Positions 10,167 through 21,885 of a stretch of 64,000 bases of DNA are shown here, piece after piece (within the stretch, counting starts at the first letter, position 1; each line of letters begins with the position of its first letter). Origin of the DNA: an uncultured candidate division Zixibacteria bacterium (GTDB lineage Bacteria > Zixibacteria > MSB-5A5 > UBA10806); contig CAWFQL010000006.1 in the NCBI GenBank assembly GCA_963817915.1, forward strand, positions 160,001 through 224,000, read 5' to 3'. Both the position numbers and the translations under genes were made by a program. The notes beneath the pieces are model-generated. The model ran no database searches. It had not been told where the DNA came from and worked only from the letters and a program-made list of their open reading frames with translations.

Positions 10167-11906
10167 TTACTTCAGCAATGTCATCTTCTTGGATACTTCT
10201 GATCCGTCGGTCTTCAATGTGTAGTAATAGATACCCGACGAAATCTTGCTGGCATCAAAATTGATCGAATGCTTTCCAGCTTCCATCTGACCGTTAGCCA
10301 ATGTCGCAACCTTGGCGCCTAACAAATTATAGACTGCCAATTCAACTCTGGATTTCTTATCCAATGTGAAATCGATATTGGTCTGGGCGTTGAATGGATT
10401 CGGATAGTTCTGCTTCAACGAGAAGCTCTTCGGCTGATCAATTTTCTCATCGACACCGAGTAATGGATTCGGATATTTCAAGTACTTGACCGGGTTATCC
10501 GTTACCGTTCCTTCGGTCTGAGGAATGCCGCCGGCATCCTTATCTTCAACGAAGAACAGATGAATGAAGCCATCGACTTTTTCAGCTATTGATGACCAAT
10601 GATCTGAATCGCAATCGCCAGGCTGGCAACCGGGAGTATGAGAGTCGGTCAAATTGATTTCTTCTGACCATGAGCTTCCCTGGCTCGCCGAGTACATCAA
10701 ATAGATATCGCCGTTGGCAAATCCGCCAGCCGAACAATCGGATGTATCGAACTTAGTATAAGTAGCGAATAATCCGTTGGTAGCCTGGTTGACACCTAGC
10801 GACATCTTGCAAATTGGACGGTTCCATGCTCCAAAATCGCAGCCGGCAGACGGCCAGACTGAATCAGGGTAGGCTTGCATGACAGTAATAGTGCCGGAAG
10901 TAACATCATAGTGATTCAGGAATGTGCGATAATAAATACCGCCGGCCGAGCTAATCCACTGAGCTTCCCATATAATATGGAGATCATCATTGTAATCATA
11001 AACCGCGGCTAAGTCGGTGTATGCCCAAAGGCTGTCTCTGCCGCCGTAGCGGGTTACATTGACTTTACCATTTGACCAGGGCCAAGTCGTACCATCGGCT
11101 GATTGTATGTAGTAAATATTGTTGAGCCACTGAGTGGAATCTGTGAAGTGACTGTATACAATGGCTACTTTATCGGAAACAGGGGAAGAGACGACGACGG
11201 GAGCAATAACTCTTACCGTATCAACACGGGCCAATGCACTCCATGTCGATCCGCCATCGGAAGATCTGGTATATCCAACAATCTGAGTAGCGCCAGCCGC
11301 GCTGCTTTCGCTCATTATCACATGATATCTTCCGGATCTATCGCGCGTAATATATGGCCACATTAATCTTGCACTTCCGAAAGCGTTCGGCATCGTGAAG
11401 TAATCGAAAATACCGATACCGCTAAATGTATCAATTGCGAAGTGGGCGGAATTGGGGCCGCTTCTGTGATAAACCAAGACTCCTCTATCGTCGGGGGATA
11501 CTGTCAACTGATTGTAACCCTCGAGATTAACTGTACCAGCTTGTGTCGGACCAAGCCATACATCGCCGGGGCTGACATAATTGTAATAAATCTGTCTTGT
11601 GGTCGGATATGCAAGACCGTTCATCCATCCAAAATGAACTCCGCCCTGGCTATCAACTGCTACCCGGTGACCCGAGGAACCGTTGCTCTGATAATCATAC
11701 TGAGTCTCGCCAACCATTACTCCCGGAGATTCGGTTATCAAGCCGGGCTGAGATGGAACATACGGCGCGTTCGGCAACGGCTCTGAACCATTCAAAATTT
11801 TGTGTTCAACTGCCGGGGCGGTCTTCTGAAGATCAGCCGCCATAATTGTTCCGGCAAATACCATCAATGTCACCAGCATTGCCCAAAACATTGTCTTTTT
11901 AGCCAT
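10167..11906 (-). CDS. Secreted BNR/T9SS-type protein (paralog D)
   Basis: Signal peptide, SSDGGSTW Asp-box, QNYPNPFN sorting domain; long segments nearly identical to paralog A. Confidence 0.85.
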   Translation of the reverse strand: MAKKTMFWAMLVTLMVFAGTIMAADLQKTAPAVEHKILNGSEPLPNAPYVPSQPGLITESPGVMVGETQYDYQSNGSSGHRVAVDSQGGVHFGWMNGLAYPTTRQIYYNYVSPGDVWLGPTQAGTVNLEGYNQLTVSPDDRGVLVYHRSGPNSAHFAIDTFSGIGIFDYFTMPNAFGSARLMWPYITRDRSGRYHVIMSESSAAGATQIVGYTRSSDGGSTWSALARVDTVRVIAPVVVSSPVSDKVAIVYSHFTDSTQWLNNIYYIQSADGTTWPWSNGKVNVTRYGGRDSLWAYTDLAAVYDYNDDLHIIWEAQWISSAGGIYYRTFLNHYDVTSGTITVMQAYPDSVWPSAGCDFGAWNRPICKMSLGVNQATNGLFATYTKFDTSDCSAGGFANGDIYLMYSASQGSSWSEEINLTDSHTPGCQPGDCDSDHWSSIAEKVDGFIHLFFVEDKDAGGIPQTEGTVTDNPVKYLKYPNPLLGVDEKIDQPKSFSLKQNYPNPFNAQTNIDFTLDKKSRVELAVYNLLGAKVATLANGQMEAGKHSINFDASKISSGIYYYTLKTDGSEVSKKMTLLK

Positions 11907-12003
11907 TTTTACTGCTCCTTACAATCGTTAAAGGTTAATAAAATCATTCGAATTATTCTGAGGAATCACCTCCCCCGTTTTCATTTCTTTTCGTTTCGCT
12001 CTT

Positions 12004-12783
12004 TTATTTTAATTTCTCTTTTATTTTCCAATTTTCAGCAAGCTCCATCGCGTCCGATTGCTGATTCCCGAAAAGATTTTCGAATCCCTGCCTGAAACCA
12101 TTTGCCAATTCCTCTGTTGTCAAAAAATCGTCCGCGTAATTATAAAAAAAAGTCGTCGTATTTTCAAGCTTATCTCTCACGATTTCTCGATCTTCGCAAT
12201 TGAGATACTTTGTGAGATCGACAGCGGCCCTTCTCAACGGCATCGAGCCCTGCTGAACAATACATCTCTCGAAGACTCTCTGCGCTGAACCCATTAATTT
12301 CCTGCCTGCCACCGTTATTTCTCCCGCATCGGCCTGAATAAAACAAGGTCCGCTCGAAACCCTTCCTCTCGTGAGAAGCGGGCTGCAATGCCCCTCAACT
12401 CCGAATTTCGCCAAAACCCCTGTTAATATACAATTGATCTTGCCGAAATATTCCCGTGCCTCAATCGCGTTAATATGCCTGATTTGAGGCCACACAACCG
12501 TATAACATAAATCATGGCCATGAAGTAGTTCTCGTCCGCCTGTTGGCCGTTGAACAATCGGGATTTGATCAATCGCGCATAATGCCTCATTGATTCTCTT
12601 CTCGATTTTCTGATTGCATCCTGTGCTGATAGTATAGCGATCCCATGTGTAAATTCGCAAAATCGGTTTTTCTGGCGGATTAACGGCTCCCAGATAGAAA
12701 TCAAATTCCATATTAAGTTTTCCACTCCAGCCAGGAGTGAAAACATATCCAAAATCATATTCTTTTGTCAAAGTACGACCCAA
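12004..12783 (-). CDS. Lipoate-protein ligase / octanoyltransferase (LplA/LipM family)
   Basis: PILRIYTW, QRPTGGRELLH and KLMGSAQR motifs; exact start uncertain. Confidence 0.85.
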   Translation of the reverse strand: MGRTLTKEYDFGYVFTPGWSGKLNMEFDFYLGAVNPPEKPILRIYTWDRYTISTGCNQKIEKRINEALCAIDQIPIVQRPTGGRELLHGHDLCYTVVWPQIRHINAIEAREYFGKINCILTGVLAKFGVEGHCSPLLTRGRVSSGPCFIQADAGEITVAGRKLMGSAQRVFERCIVQQGSMPLRRAAVDLTKYLNCEDREIVRDKLENTTTFFYNYADDFLTTEELANGFRQGFENLFGNQQSDAMELAENWKIKEKLK

Positions 12784-13056
12784 TTCACCAAGGTAAAAAG
12801 CAAATTACGTGCCGATAAAGCTCAATCATTTACCTCATAATCGGTTGCATAAAACATTGCCTGCCAAATGACAACCTTATAAATAGTCCTGATATCAGCC
12901 ATTTTGCAGGCATTTTTGCGCGAAAAACTCATTATTTAAACACTTCAGTTTATGCAAGCAGTTGCACATTGCCTTATTACTTTTGCAAATCCAACTGCCT
13001 TTAATCTCAACTTAATTTAAACAACAACCAGTAAATGTCAAGGTTTATTTACGACA

Positions 13057-14925
13057 CTACTTTATCAGAAGCATTCTCTTGGCCTGAGAAATTCCATCTA
13101 TTTTGTAGAAGTAGACACCAGAGGGAACCGACTGTCCAAAATCATCGCTGCCCCAGGTAATATAGCTAATCCCCGGTTTTATTGTCACCAATTTATGGCC
13201 TACTATTTGACCCGTAAGATTATATACATTGAGACGAGTTCTGATATCCTCGTAGCCAGATGAATATATCGTTATATTGGTCTTGGAATTAAATGGATTC
13301 GGATAATTGCCTCCCAATTCCAATTTAGTTGCTACTGGCTCATGTTCGAATATTCCGGTTATGTATGGCTCAAGATGAAAATCAATATCATACACAAAAG
13401 GCACATCCGCTAAATTCACATTAACAATTGACGGATATGTCTGAGAATTAAAGCCTATATAATCGCACGTGACATAATATGAGCCGGAAACTAGCCCGCC
13501 TATTATCGAATATTCACCGGCCGAGTTACTCTTAGCATACGCTATCGGTCTGTCATCACCGACAGGATACGCATAAACTCTGGCGTCGCTGATCGGACCT
13601 GAATCAGATGTAACTGTCCCATTGATTGCCAGCCCCATATTGCCATAATCCTGAGTAATCGCTTCCGATTGTATTCCGCCAACATGACCCGAAACGGTAA
13701 TTATCTCTCCCGATTGCCAGTTGCATGTCTGAGGATAGAAAAATGGCATAATATATGTCCCGGAAAACATCAATAAATATTGGCCGCCGGGCAGGTTGCC
13801 GACCATGAATTCCCCATAACCATTGGTGTATGTCGAATTGACATTTTTGCCCGTCTCATAGTCAATCGCGGACACGACAATATCTACCAATCCCGTGCCA
13901 TTAGCGGAATTTGAGACTGTGCCTGAAATCGAATACTCATGCGGCGTCGCCCGGTCGATCGCGAAATCTATTGTAGGAACAGTCTGGCTCGAATCCACTC
14001 TGACAGTCTGTGCATTCAATGGATCATATTGATTGTCATAATAAATTATGATATTATTGCCATCATCGGAGCAGGATTCGCATCGAACAAATACGTAATA
14101 GTCCCCCGCCGGCGCGTCGATAGAGAATAAACCGTCCGCGTCTGACTGTGTGGTCTCCAGGTTCGGATCCTGCCAGAAATCAATCCATTGGTGCGCGCAA
14201 ATCTGGGCCCCGGATATGCCTTCGTTGCTGTTGACATTGAAGACGCGGCCGGTAATGGTTCCCCATCCAACATCTCTAAGCAAAAATGAAATTCCTGCAG
14301 TCTCTTCGTTCTGATGAACCGTCACCTGAACGGCGTCTTCAATTCGCGAAACCCCGGGGAAATATTCGGTACGTTTGCCTCTCGCCCGTCCTAAAATCTT
14401 ATAAGTCCCCGGAAGAAGACCGCTGATTGTGTAAGATTGCGGAAATGCCCCTTGAATCGTTATGCTTTTATTCAGCCCTTCCTGAGGATAATCAATTTTC
14501 AACGCCGTTATCAGGCCCTTATCGGTATCATGATCGATAAAATCAAAAATGCCGCTGATCGTCCCGCCCTCATCCAAGCTCATATTAGCAATTGTATATT
14601 GCCCGATTGAAACCCTTATTTGCTGAGCCTCAACTATCCGATATTCACCAGGGAAGAATTCTTTGACCAGATTGTCTTTTTCCGCGGAAATTTTATATTG
14701 ACCCGCTTCCTTTTCGAAACGGAAAAAACCTCTATCGTCTGTTAATGTCGAATCTAAAATATTATCAGCGGGGTCATAAATATATACAAGAGCGTTATAG
14801 ATTGCTGTATTCGAATTTTCATGCGTAACCTTGCCGGAAATTACGCCATAATTGGCCGCCACGACGACATCGAATGATAGTCCTATTGCCATCAGGCACA
14901 CCAATATGCTTCGGAGCCTAAACAT
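13057..14925 (-). CDS. Secreted protein with repeated carboxypeptidase-regulatory-like domains and T9SS-type sorting domain
   Basis: Signal peptide, repeated 'ISG.V' beta-sandwich starts, NYPNPFN...SGVYFY tail. Confidence 0.8.
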   Translation of the reverse strand: MFRLRSILVCLMAIGLSFDVVVAANYGVISGKVTHENSNTAIYNALVYIYDPADNILDSTLTDDRGFFRFEKEAGQYKISAEKDNLVKEFFPGEYRIVEAQQIRVSIGQYTIANMSLDEGGTISGIFDFIDHDTDKGLITALKIDYPQEGLNKSITIQGAFPQSYTISGLLPGTYKILGRARGKRTEYFPGVSRIEDAVQVTVHQNEETAGISFLLRDVGWGTITGRVFNVNSNEGISGAQICAHQWIDFWQDPNLETTQSDADGLFSIDAPAGDYYVFVRCESCSDDGNNIIIYYDNQYDPLNAQTVRVDSSQTVPTIDFAIDRATPHEYSISGTVSNSANGTGLVDIVVSAIDYETGKNVNSTYTNGYGEFMVGNLPGGQYLLMFSGTYIMPFFYPQTCNWQSGEIITVSGHVGGIQSEAITQDYGNMGLAINGTVTSDSGPISDARVYAYPVGDDRPIAYAKSNSAGEYSIIGGLVSGSYYVTCDYIGFNSQTYPSIVNVNLADVPFVYDIDFHLEPYITGIFEHEPVATKLELGGNYPNPFNSKTNITIYSSGYEDIRTRLNVYNLTGQIVGHKLVTIKPGISYITWGSDDFGQSVPSGVYFYKIDGISQAKRMLLIK

Positions 14926-15005
14926 CCAAATTAATAATAGTCAATTGACAGTATATATGCAAGCCTTTTTTTCATTTTCCAACTCTATTTTGATAGACAA
15001 ATTCC

Positions 15006-18000
15006 CTAAGCTTTGCCCTTGAAATCCTCACCCTCAATTCCATATCGATTCATGAGATGGTGAATTTGAGAACGATCCATTCCTGATATCCTCGCGGCCT
15101 GCATGATATTGCCTTCTGACTTTTCCAAAAGATGTATTAGAAATATTTTGTCCAGCTTGTTCTTCTCGGCTTTTAGCTCATCTTTTGTCAAAGGCAAAGC
15201 CCCAGTCTGGGAAGCCCGGGATTTCGCTTGTGATACCGAACGAATCTCTATCGGCAATGAATCCAGACCAATCTTGTCCCCTTTGGCAAAGATAATGGCT
15301 CTCTCGCAGATGTTCTCCAGCTGACGCACATTGCCGGGCCAATCATACATCATAAAATGATCCAATGCTTCCGGCATCAATGATTTCAGCGGCAATTTCA
15401 TCTTCGCGCAAATTTTATCTATGAAAAAATTGGCCAGTAACGGAATATCCTCGGTGCGTTCTCTAAGCAACGGCAGGCAGATATTTACGACATTTAATCT
15501 GTAATACAAATCTTCTCTGAAACGGCCTTCCTTTACTTCGTTTTCAAGATTTTTGTTTGTGGCCGCGATTATTCTGACATCAATCGCCCGTGTCTGATTG
15601 TCCCCGACGCGTCTTATTTCGCTTTCCTGAAGAACGCGAAGCAATTTCGCCTGAAATCCCTGGCTTGTATTGCTTATTTCATCGAGCAAAATGGTACCGC
15701 CCTGTGCCGTCTCAAAAAGGCCGATCCTATCGGATATCGCCCCGGTGAAGGCGCCTTTGACATAGCCGAATAATTCGGATTCCAGTAACGTCTCCGCAAC
15801 CGCTCCGCAATCGACCGGCACGAAGCGATTATTTTTCCTCGGGCTCGCAAGATGTATAGCCCGCGCCAATACCTCCTTGCCTGTCCCGGAATCACCTGTG
15901 ATTACTACAGTGACATCTGTCTCAGCCACCGATTCGGCCATGCGAAACACCTTCTGCATTGGTGACGAACGCCCGACTATATTGCCGAATCCCCAAATTG
16001 ATTCTACCTGTTTTTGCAGATAGATATTCTTTTTTTCCAGCTGCTCCGACATTCTCGCGTTATCTACCGCGATAGCGGCCAGATCGGCGAAACTCGAAAG
16101 AAACTCTAAGTCGTCATCTGTAAAAATCTCGCCGGAACGGCTATCCACGTAAACGATACCCAAAACCAATCCCTTTACCGATAATGGCACACATAGTAAG
16201 GATGATATCTGAAATTCAACCATGGATTGCCTGGACTCGATATTCTCATCAGTCCGGCTCAGAAGCATCGGTTTGCCGCCCCGTGCAACTTCCAGAGCGC
16301 TGGAATGAGAAATCGTAGTCTCTCCGAGGATATCCTCTCGTGCCAGATTACGGGCCACTTGCGGTTCGAGAGAATCATTCGAATACAGCATCACGAAACC
16401 GCGTTCGCCGTTCAATGTCTCTAACGCTAAATCCATTATCTTATTCAATAGAGGCTCAAGTTCGCGAATCGTATTTATCGTGCGCGCTACCCTGAATAAT
16501 ACCTCCAAACGTTGTTCTCGTGAGACATTGCTCATCTTCAATACCTCGTTTTTGCTTTCGCCGGAATTTAATTGCAGGTGATCATTGAATTTTGCCAATA
16601 AAATTTTATCCAGTCCTTCCAATGATTTATCTATTTCGCCGGTCAATTTTTCCATTTGCCTGCGATATTCATTCGCTTCATCAGCCATTTTCAAAAACAT
16701 TAGCTTCAGCGCCATCAATCGCCATCGTTCCGATGGCATAAAATATAATTGCGTCTTGCCGATGGCCTCGTCCAATCTCGCCAGCCAAATTTCAGGGCTA
16801 TTAACCCGGCCGCTTTGCAAGGCCATCCGCGCTCTATAACGGGTTGCTATCGGAATCATGCGGGGATTCTTTTTCAATATTTCATTGATCTGCTTTTCAA
16901 AATCTGCATTGTCAGATGAGCCTATATCCCCCAATGCGATCCCTATCAGAATGGCGCGAGCCCTATGAAGGGATTCTCCGAATTTTCCCGGAAGCTTCAG
17001 ATACTGACTGAACACTTTCCATCTGCCGATTGACTCTGGCCCAATTCGAAATGAATTTCCGCTTTTATCGAAAGAATAATCCCGGTTTGTTCGACGTCGT
17101 TAATTTTCTTGGCCAATTCAATCGCAATCTCAGCTTCGTGAAGTGCGTTTTGAAAATCAGCCACGGCGCTTAAACATTCGGCGATCCCGATTCGATTTGC
17201 CAATTCGATTCGAGGCTCCTGAATTTCCAGAGCGATCGCAAGACCCATTTTATAATTCTCCAATGACCTGAGTATCTGGCCCTTCTTAAAATATAAAAAT
17301 CCGAGATTGTTGAATGCTATAGCTTCCGATCCCCGGTCGCCGAGTGCCCGAAGCTTCTCGATCGCGCCAGCGTAATTATTTTCGGCTTCATCGAGTTTCC
17401 CTAATTCATTTAGGGCGTATCCTATATTCAGAAGATTGATACTTTCGATCCTTCTATCAGATATTTCACGCGAGATATCGAGCGAACGGCTGTAATATTC
17501 GCGGGCCCTGTCATAATCATTTTTCGATGAGTACAGATTTCCTAAGTTGCCATAAAGGCTCATGGCCGACCAAAGGAAATTCTTATCAAGGCTTATATCC
17601 AGCGAACGGCGATAAAAATCCTCGGCGCCGTCAAGATCTCCACGTCTTTTTCGGGCGATTCCGATATAATTCAAAACTCTGCACGATCCCTCGGGATAGT
17701 CGATTTCGGCAAAATGATCCAGCGCTTCCATATACGATTTTTCAGCTTCATCAAGCCTGCCGAGCTTGTCGTAAACGAACCCCAGGCCCACCGACGCTTC
17801 CCCCTGCAATCGGTGATCCTTTAATTCCGACCTCGACAACGCCTGTTTGAGTTTATCAATCGCCTCATCGTTTTTGCCGAGATGAATATGGTTCATGGCG
17901 GCCGCTATCGCGGCTTTGGCGTAATCGGCAATTTCGATTTTCTCTTTGACTGCAAGTTCGAGAGCTCTTGCCAACGGCAATTCAGCGTCTTTGGGCGATA

Positions 18001-20203
18001 AAAAATCCATCACTCGTCCATACGATAGATAAGTGCTGAAAATTTTGCGATTATCGCTTGATTCCGAATCAACTTTTTCAAGACATTTCAAGGCCGATTC
18101 GTAAAAGCCGGCTGCCTGTCTATAACCATATATTAGCTCCGCAGATTTCGCTGCGGTCGTGAGATATTCAAAAGCTATCGAAGATTCACCGGCAGACATA
18201 TACTGATAGCCCAAAAATTCCGGACTGCTGTTTTTTGCCTTGAAATATTCAGCAACTTGATTGTGCATGAGATTTCTTGTATCCGGCGATAATGATTCAT
18301 AAACTGCCCTTCTAATCTGCCCATGTGTGAAATCAAGACGGTCCGGCGATCCGAATTCAATCGGCGCCAAAATCTCTTTTTCTTTTAACTCATCGATTTG
18401 GGTCGCGAACGTATTATCCAATTCCGAAAGGTTTAAAATATCGCTCGCGGAAAAAGATCTTCCTATGATTGCGCCATAACCGGCCAATTTCATTTGCGAT
18501 GGATTCAGCCGCTTCAGTCTCCTGCCTATGATAGTTTTTACGTTATCGGACAGGCCGATTTTGTCATTCCATCCCGCTGAGATTTCCCAGCTGTTTTTTC
18601 GCCTGATCAGACTTCCTTCGGCGATTTGCTCTCTGATAATTTCCTCTGCAAATAGAAAATTTCCGCCCGACTCGGAGAATATCCTTCTGGAAAAATCCTC
18701 CGGCAATTCGCTGAAACCCACGAAATTTAATAGAAAATCATTCCAGTCTTGCCATTCGATATGTCTTAAATCGAGCCAGCTTGATTTATTCTTTGTAAGG
18801 AAATCCGAAATTGATTTATTATCAAATGGCTGGCCGATGAGGATTATAAACAATCCAAGTTTTCGATTTGATTTTGTATTGTCAGCGATGAATTTCAGAA
18901 AGTCGATTGTATCGCTGTCGGCCAGATGCAGGTCTTCGACTGCCAGAATTATATTTTCTCTCTGATTCAATTCATCGAGATATCGCAGGATATTATCAAA
19001 CATTCTCCGCCGTCCCGATTTGATTTCGGCCTCGGACATCTGCCATTGGATCCTGCTGATCTCCGGAAATCTTTCAGGAAATAATCTTTTCAAATCCGGA
19101 CCAAAACCGGCAAAAAGCGCCATCTTGGGATCATGTTCTCCGATCAATTGATCCAATAGCTTTATTATTGGCGACAACGGTCTGAAATCATTTTCACGGC
19201 AAAATACTTTGTAAAATTTAAATCCCTTCAATTGGGTTTTGATTCTGAATTCATCAACCAAACGGCTTTTACCGACACCGGATTCGCCTTGAATATATCG
19301 AATAATATTGCAGCCGGATTCCCGCGATTGCAGGGATTTATCTAACCAATCCAGCTCATTTGACCTTCCGACGAAATGCGCCTTGCCCAGAGAATAGCTT
19401 GCAAAGTCAGCTTTCACCGATATCGACGAATTCAATTTTCTGATATCCTCGATAATCTCGATAGTGGATTGATACCGATTTTTAGGAAGCGGATCGATCA
19501 TTCTCTTAATTACCGACCGTAATCCTTCTCCCCCGAAATCGCTCGGGATCACGGGTATTTCTGACCATCCAGCCAATTTAAGGCCGATAATCTCGCTCGA
19601 TGAGCCGGCGATGAGAGGCTTGCCGGTGATCATTTCATAAAACATTATGCCGAGTGAATAAATATCCGATCGAGGCGATAAATTATCCTTGCGTAACGCC
19701 TCGGGCGAAATAAATTCCGCACTTCCCGAAAGCTTCCTATCCCCCTGCCCTCTTAACGCTACCGACAGACCAAAATCCACGAGTCTGAAATTACCATCGG
19801 AGTCCTTTAATATGTTGGTTGGTTTCAGATCGCCATGCAGGATATTTCGCCTGTGGATATAATCTAACGCTTCGCATATTGAATTGACTGCCTTATAAAA
19901 CTCCAGGGGCGTCAATGGAATACTGCCTGCAAGATCGCCATTCGATACATAGTCCATGGTGAAGTAAGCCCCGAGCCGATCGTCAAATCCAAAATCATAG
20001 ACTTTGACCAGTCCAGGGTGATCCAGCTGAGCCAGAGTATTGAATTCGCTCTTTATGGATTCGAGGTTTTCGGTATTTATCTCTTTTAAAAGCTTCATTG
20101 CCAGCCGAATTTGCTGACGATGATCTTTTACAAGATATACATCACCAATTGACCCGCTCCCGATTTTTTTGAGCGTCTCATATCTTTTGTCGATTAATTC
20201 CAT
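15006..20203 (-). CDS. Multidomain sigma54 activator: Ser/Thr kinase + AAA ATPase + TPR + GAF + sigma54-interaction + Fis HTH; split into ORFs 16997-20203 and 15006-17015 by a frameshift near 17015-17025
   Basis: Kinase motifs IGSGSIG, HGDLKPTN, DFG; Walker A GESGVGKS; TPRs; GAF; GDSGTGKE, GAFTGA, WPGNVRQL; C-terminal HTH. The two ORFs overlap by 19 nt and the second has no clear RBS. Confidence 0.85.
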
Positions 20204-20335
20204 AACCCCTAAAAGTGTTATTTATTTCTACAACACAATATATATGCTTAATAAATTTTGGCAAGCAATATAAAAGCAACCATATCAAGGTTGGCATTCG
20301 AAAAAGTTGTTTAACTTGTTGAATTACAATAAATT

Positions 20336-20365
20336 AAAAAGGCGGACAAGAATGATGGCCGCCTT
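20336..20365 (-). terminator. Probable terminator after etfB
   Basis: AAGGCGG/CCGCCTT hairpin with A-run on the left. Confidence 0.55.
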
Positions 20366-20388
20366 CAAATACTTATATAAAGCAACAA

Positions 20389-21150
20389 TTAAATCAATTG
20401 GTCGGCTTTTAATTTACTGATTAATTTATCCACAACCTCATCGGTCTCGCCTTTTATAATTTCGCCTTGAGGACGCGGTTTTGGAGCCAATGTCGATTTG
20501 ATATTTATAGTCGGGGATATGTCTACACCCAATTCCTTTGGAGATGTTTTCACGATCTCCGTTTTCTTGGCGCGCATTTTACCTTTTAACGATGGCAGCC
20601 TTGGCTCATTGATCTCTTTTACCACGGAGCAGATTGCAGGTAATGATGTTTCCACTACGTTATATCCAGAGTCCGTCGTGCGCCAGACGACCGCCTTTGA
20701 TGAATCGATAGATTCGAATTTTTTGACAAAACCGACCTGCGGCCAGTCAAGATGCCCCGCTACCGCGGCAGCTACCAGGGATGAATCGTCATCGGCGGCC
20801 TGCTTGCCGGTCAATATCAAATTGATATCGCCGATTTTTTTAACCATCGCCGCCAGCACTCTTGCGTTAACCTGAGGTGCCAATGACGAATACTGATCAT
20901 CTATGATTAAATAAGCTTCATCGATTCCAAGCGCCAGCACATCCCTCAACGCCGATTCCGAACTTGAATTGCCGAATGAAATCGCCACAGTAGTGCCGCC
21001 GGTCTTTTCTTTTATTCTCAATGCTTCTTCTACCGCATATTCATCAAATGGATTAACCACTAATGCTTCGGGCGCCCATTTAGGACCGCCATCGGTAACA
21101 CTTACTTCCGACAGCTGGGGAGTCTGTTTCACCAATACTGCAATTTTCAT
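20389..21150 (-). CDS. etfB: Electron transfer flavoprotein beta subunit
   Basis: MKIAVLVKQTP, NPFDEYAVEEAL, GKQAADDD, NEPRLPSLKG. Confidence 0.93.
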   Translation of the reverse strand: MKIAVLVKQTPQLSEVSVTDGGPKWAPEALVVNPFDEYAVEEALRIKEKTGGTTVAISFGNSSSESALRDVLALGIDEAYLIIDDQYSSLAPQVNARVLAAMVKKIGDINLILTGKQAADDDSSLVAAAVAGHLDWPQVGFVKKFESIDSSKAVVWRTTDSGYNVVETSLPAICSVVKEINEPRLPSLKGKMRAKKTEIVKTSPKELGVDISPTINIKSTLAPKPRPQGEIIKGETDEVVDKLISKLKADQLI

Positions 21151-21881
21151 TTATTCTCCTTTTGTGCCATTACACTCAATGCTTCGAGCGCCATCTTGGC
21201 GGCGCGCTGTTCGGCTTCTTTCTTAGTCGAACCCTTGCCGGTTCCGAGGCGGGCGCTATTGACCATTACAGATACGACAAATTCTTTGATATGGTCGGGA
21301 CCAATTTCATCAAGCAATTCATAACGAGGCCCATTTTGCCCGCTGCCCTGCAAATATTCCAGAAGTTCACCCTTGTAATTATGGGCGGCCTCGCTTTTGG
21401 CAAGGCTTTCGAAATCTTCAAGCAGAAATTTATGGATAACTTTAGTTGATGCCGAGAGGCCGCCATCGAGATACATGGCTCCTATTAACGCCTCCATGGC
21501 ATCGGCCAATATCGACGGCTTTTGTCTTCCGCCGGATTTTTCCTCTTCGGCGCTGAGGTAGAGGTGATTACCTATTTTGAATATTCCGGCGACTCTTGAT
21601 AAGACAGCTTCATTTACAAGCGAGGCTTTGAGCTTTGTCAAATTTCCTTCATTGTAATCGGGGAATCTTTTATATAGAAACTCCGATACTACCAGCCCGA
21701 GAACCGCATCGCCAAGATATTCCAACCGCTCATTGGCAGCTCCGGAACTGGCGCTTGAACGATGAGTCAGCGCCTTATCCAAAAGGCTTCTATCCTTGAA
21801 TTTATATCCAAGGATAGATTCGATATCTCCCTTATGGAATCCAACTTTTGAGAAAATCTTTCGAAAAAAAGACGAGTGCAT
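21147..21881 (-). CDS. rnc: Ribonuclease III
   Basis: ALTHRS, NERLEYLGDAVL signature and dsRBD (GSTKKEAEQRAA). Confidence 0.96.
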   Translation of the reverse strand: MHSSFFRKIFSKVGFHKGDIESILGYKFKDRSLLDKALTHRSSASSGAANERLEYLGDAVLGLVVSEFLYKRFPDYNEGNLTKLKASLVNEAVLSRVAGIFKIGNHLYLSAEEEKSGGRQKPSILADAMEALIGAMYLDGGLSASTKVIHKFLLEDFESLAKSEAAHNYKGELLEYLQGSGQNGPRYELLDEIGPDHIKEFVVSVMVNSARLGTGKGSTKKEAEQRAAKMALEALSVMAQKENK

Positions 21882-21885
21882 TAAA

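Noticed and set aside
4640..11906. CRISPR array or diversity-generating retroelement explaining the repeats
   Set aside because: The repeats are paralogous coding ends and terminators. There is no repeat-spacer periodicity, no reverse transcriptase, and differences are not adenine-specific.
12840..13000. sigma54 promoter upstream of the lipoate ligase
   Set aside because: The candidate GG...GC spacings are 11 or 7 nt, not the required 10.
16997..16999. UGA at the end of the kinase ORF as selenocysteine
   Set aside because: The downstream domains are in another frame, so readthrough would not join them.
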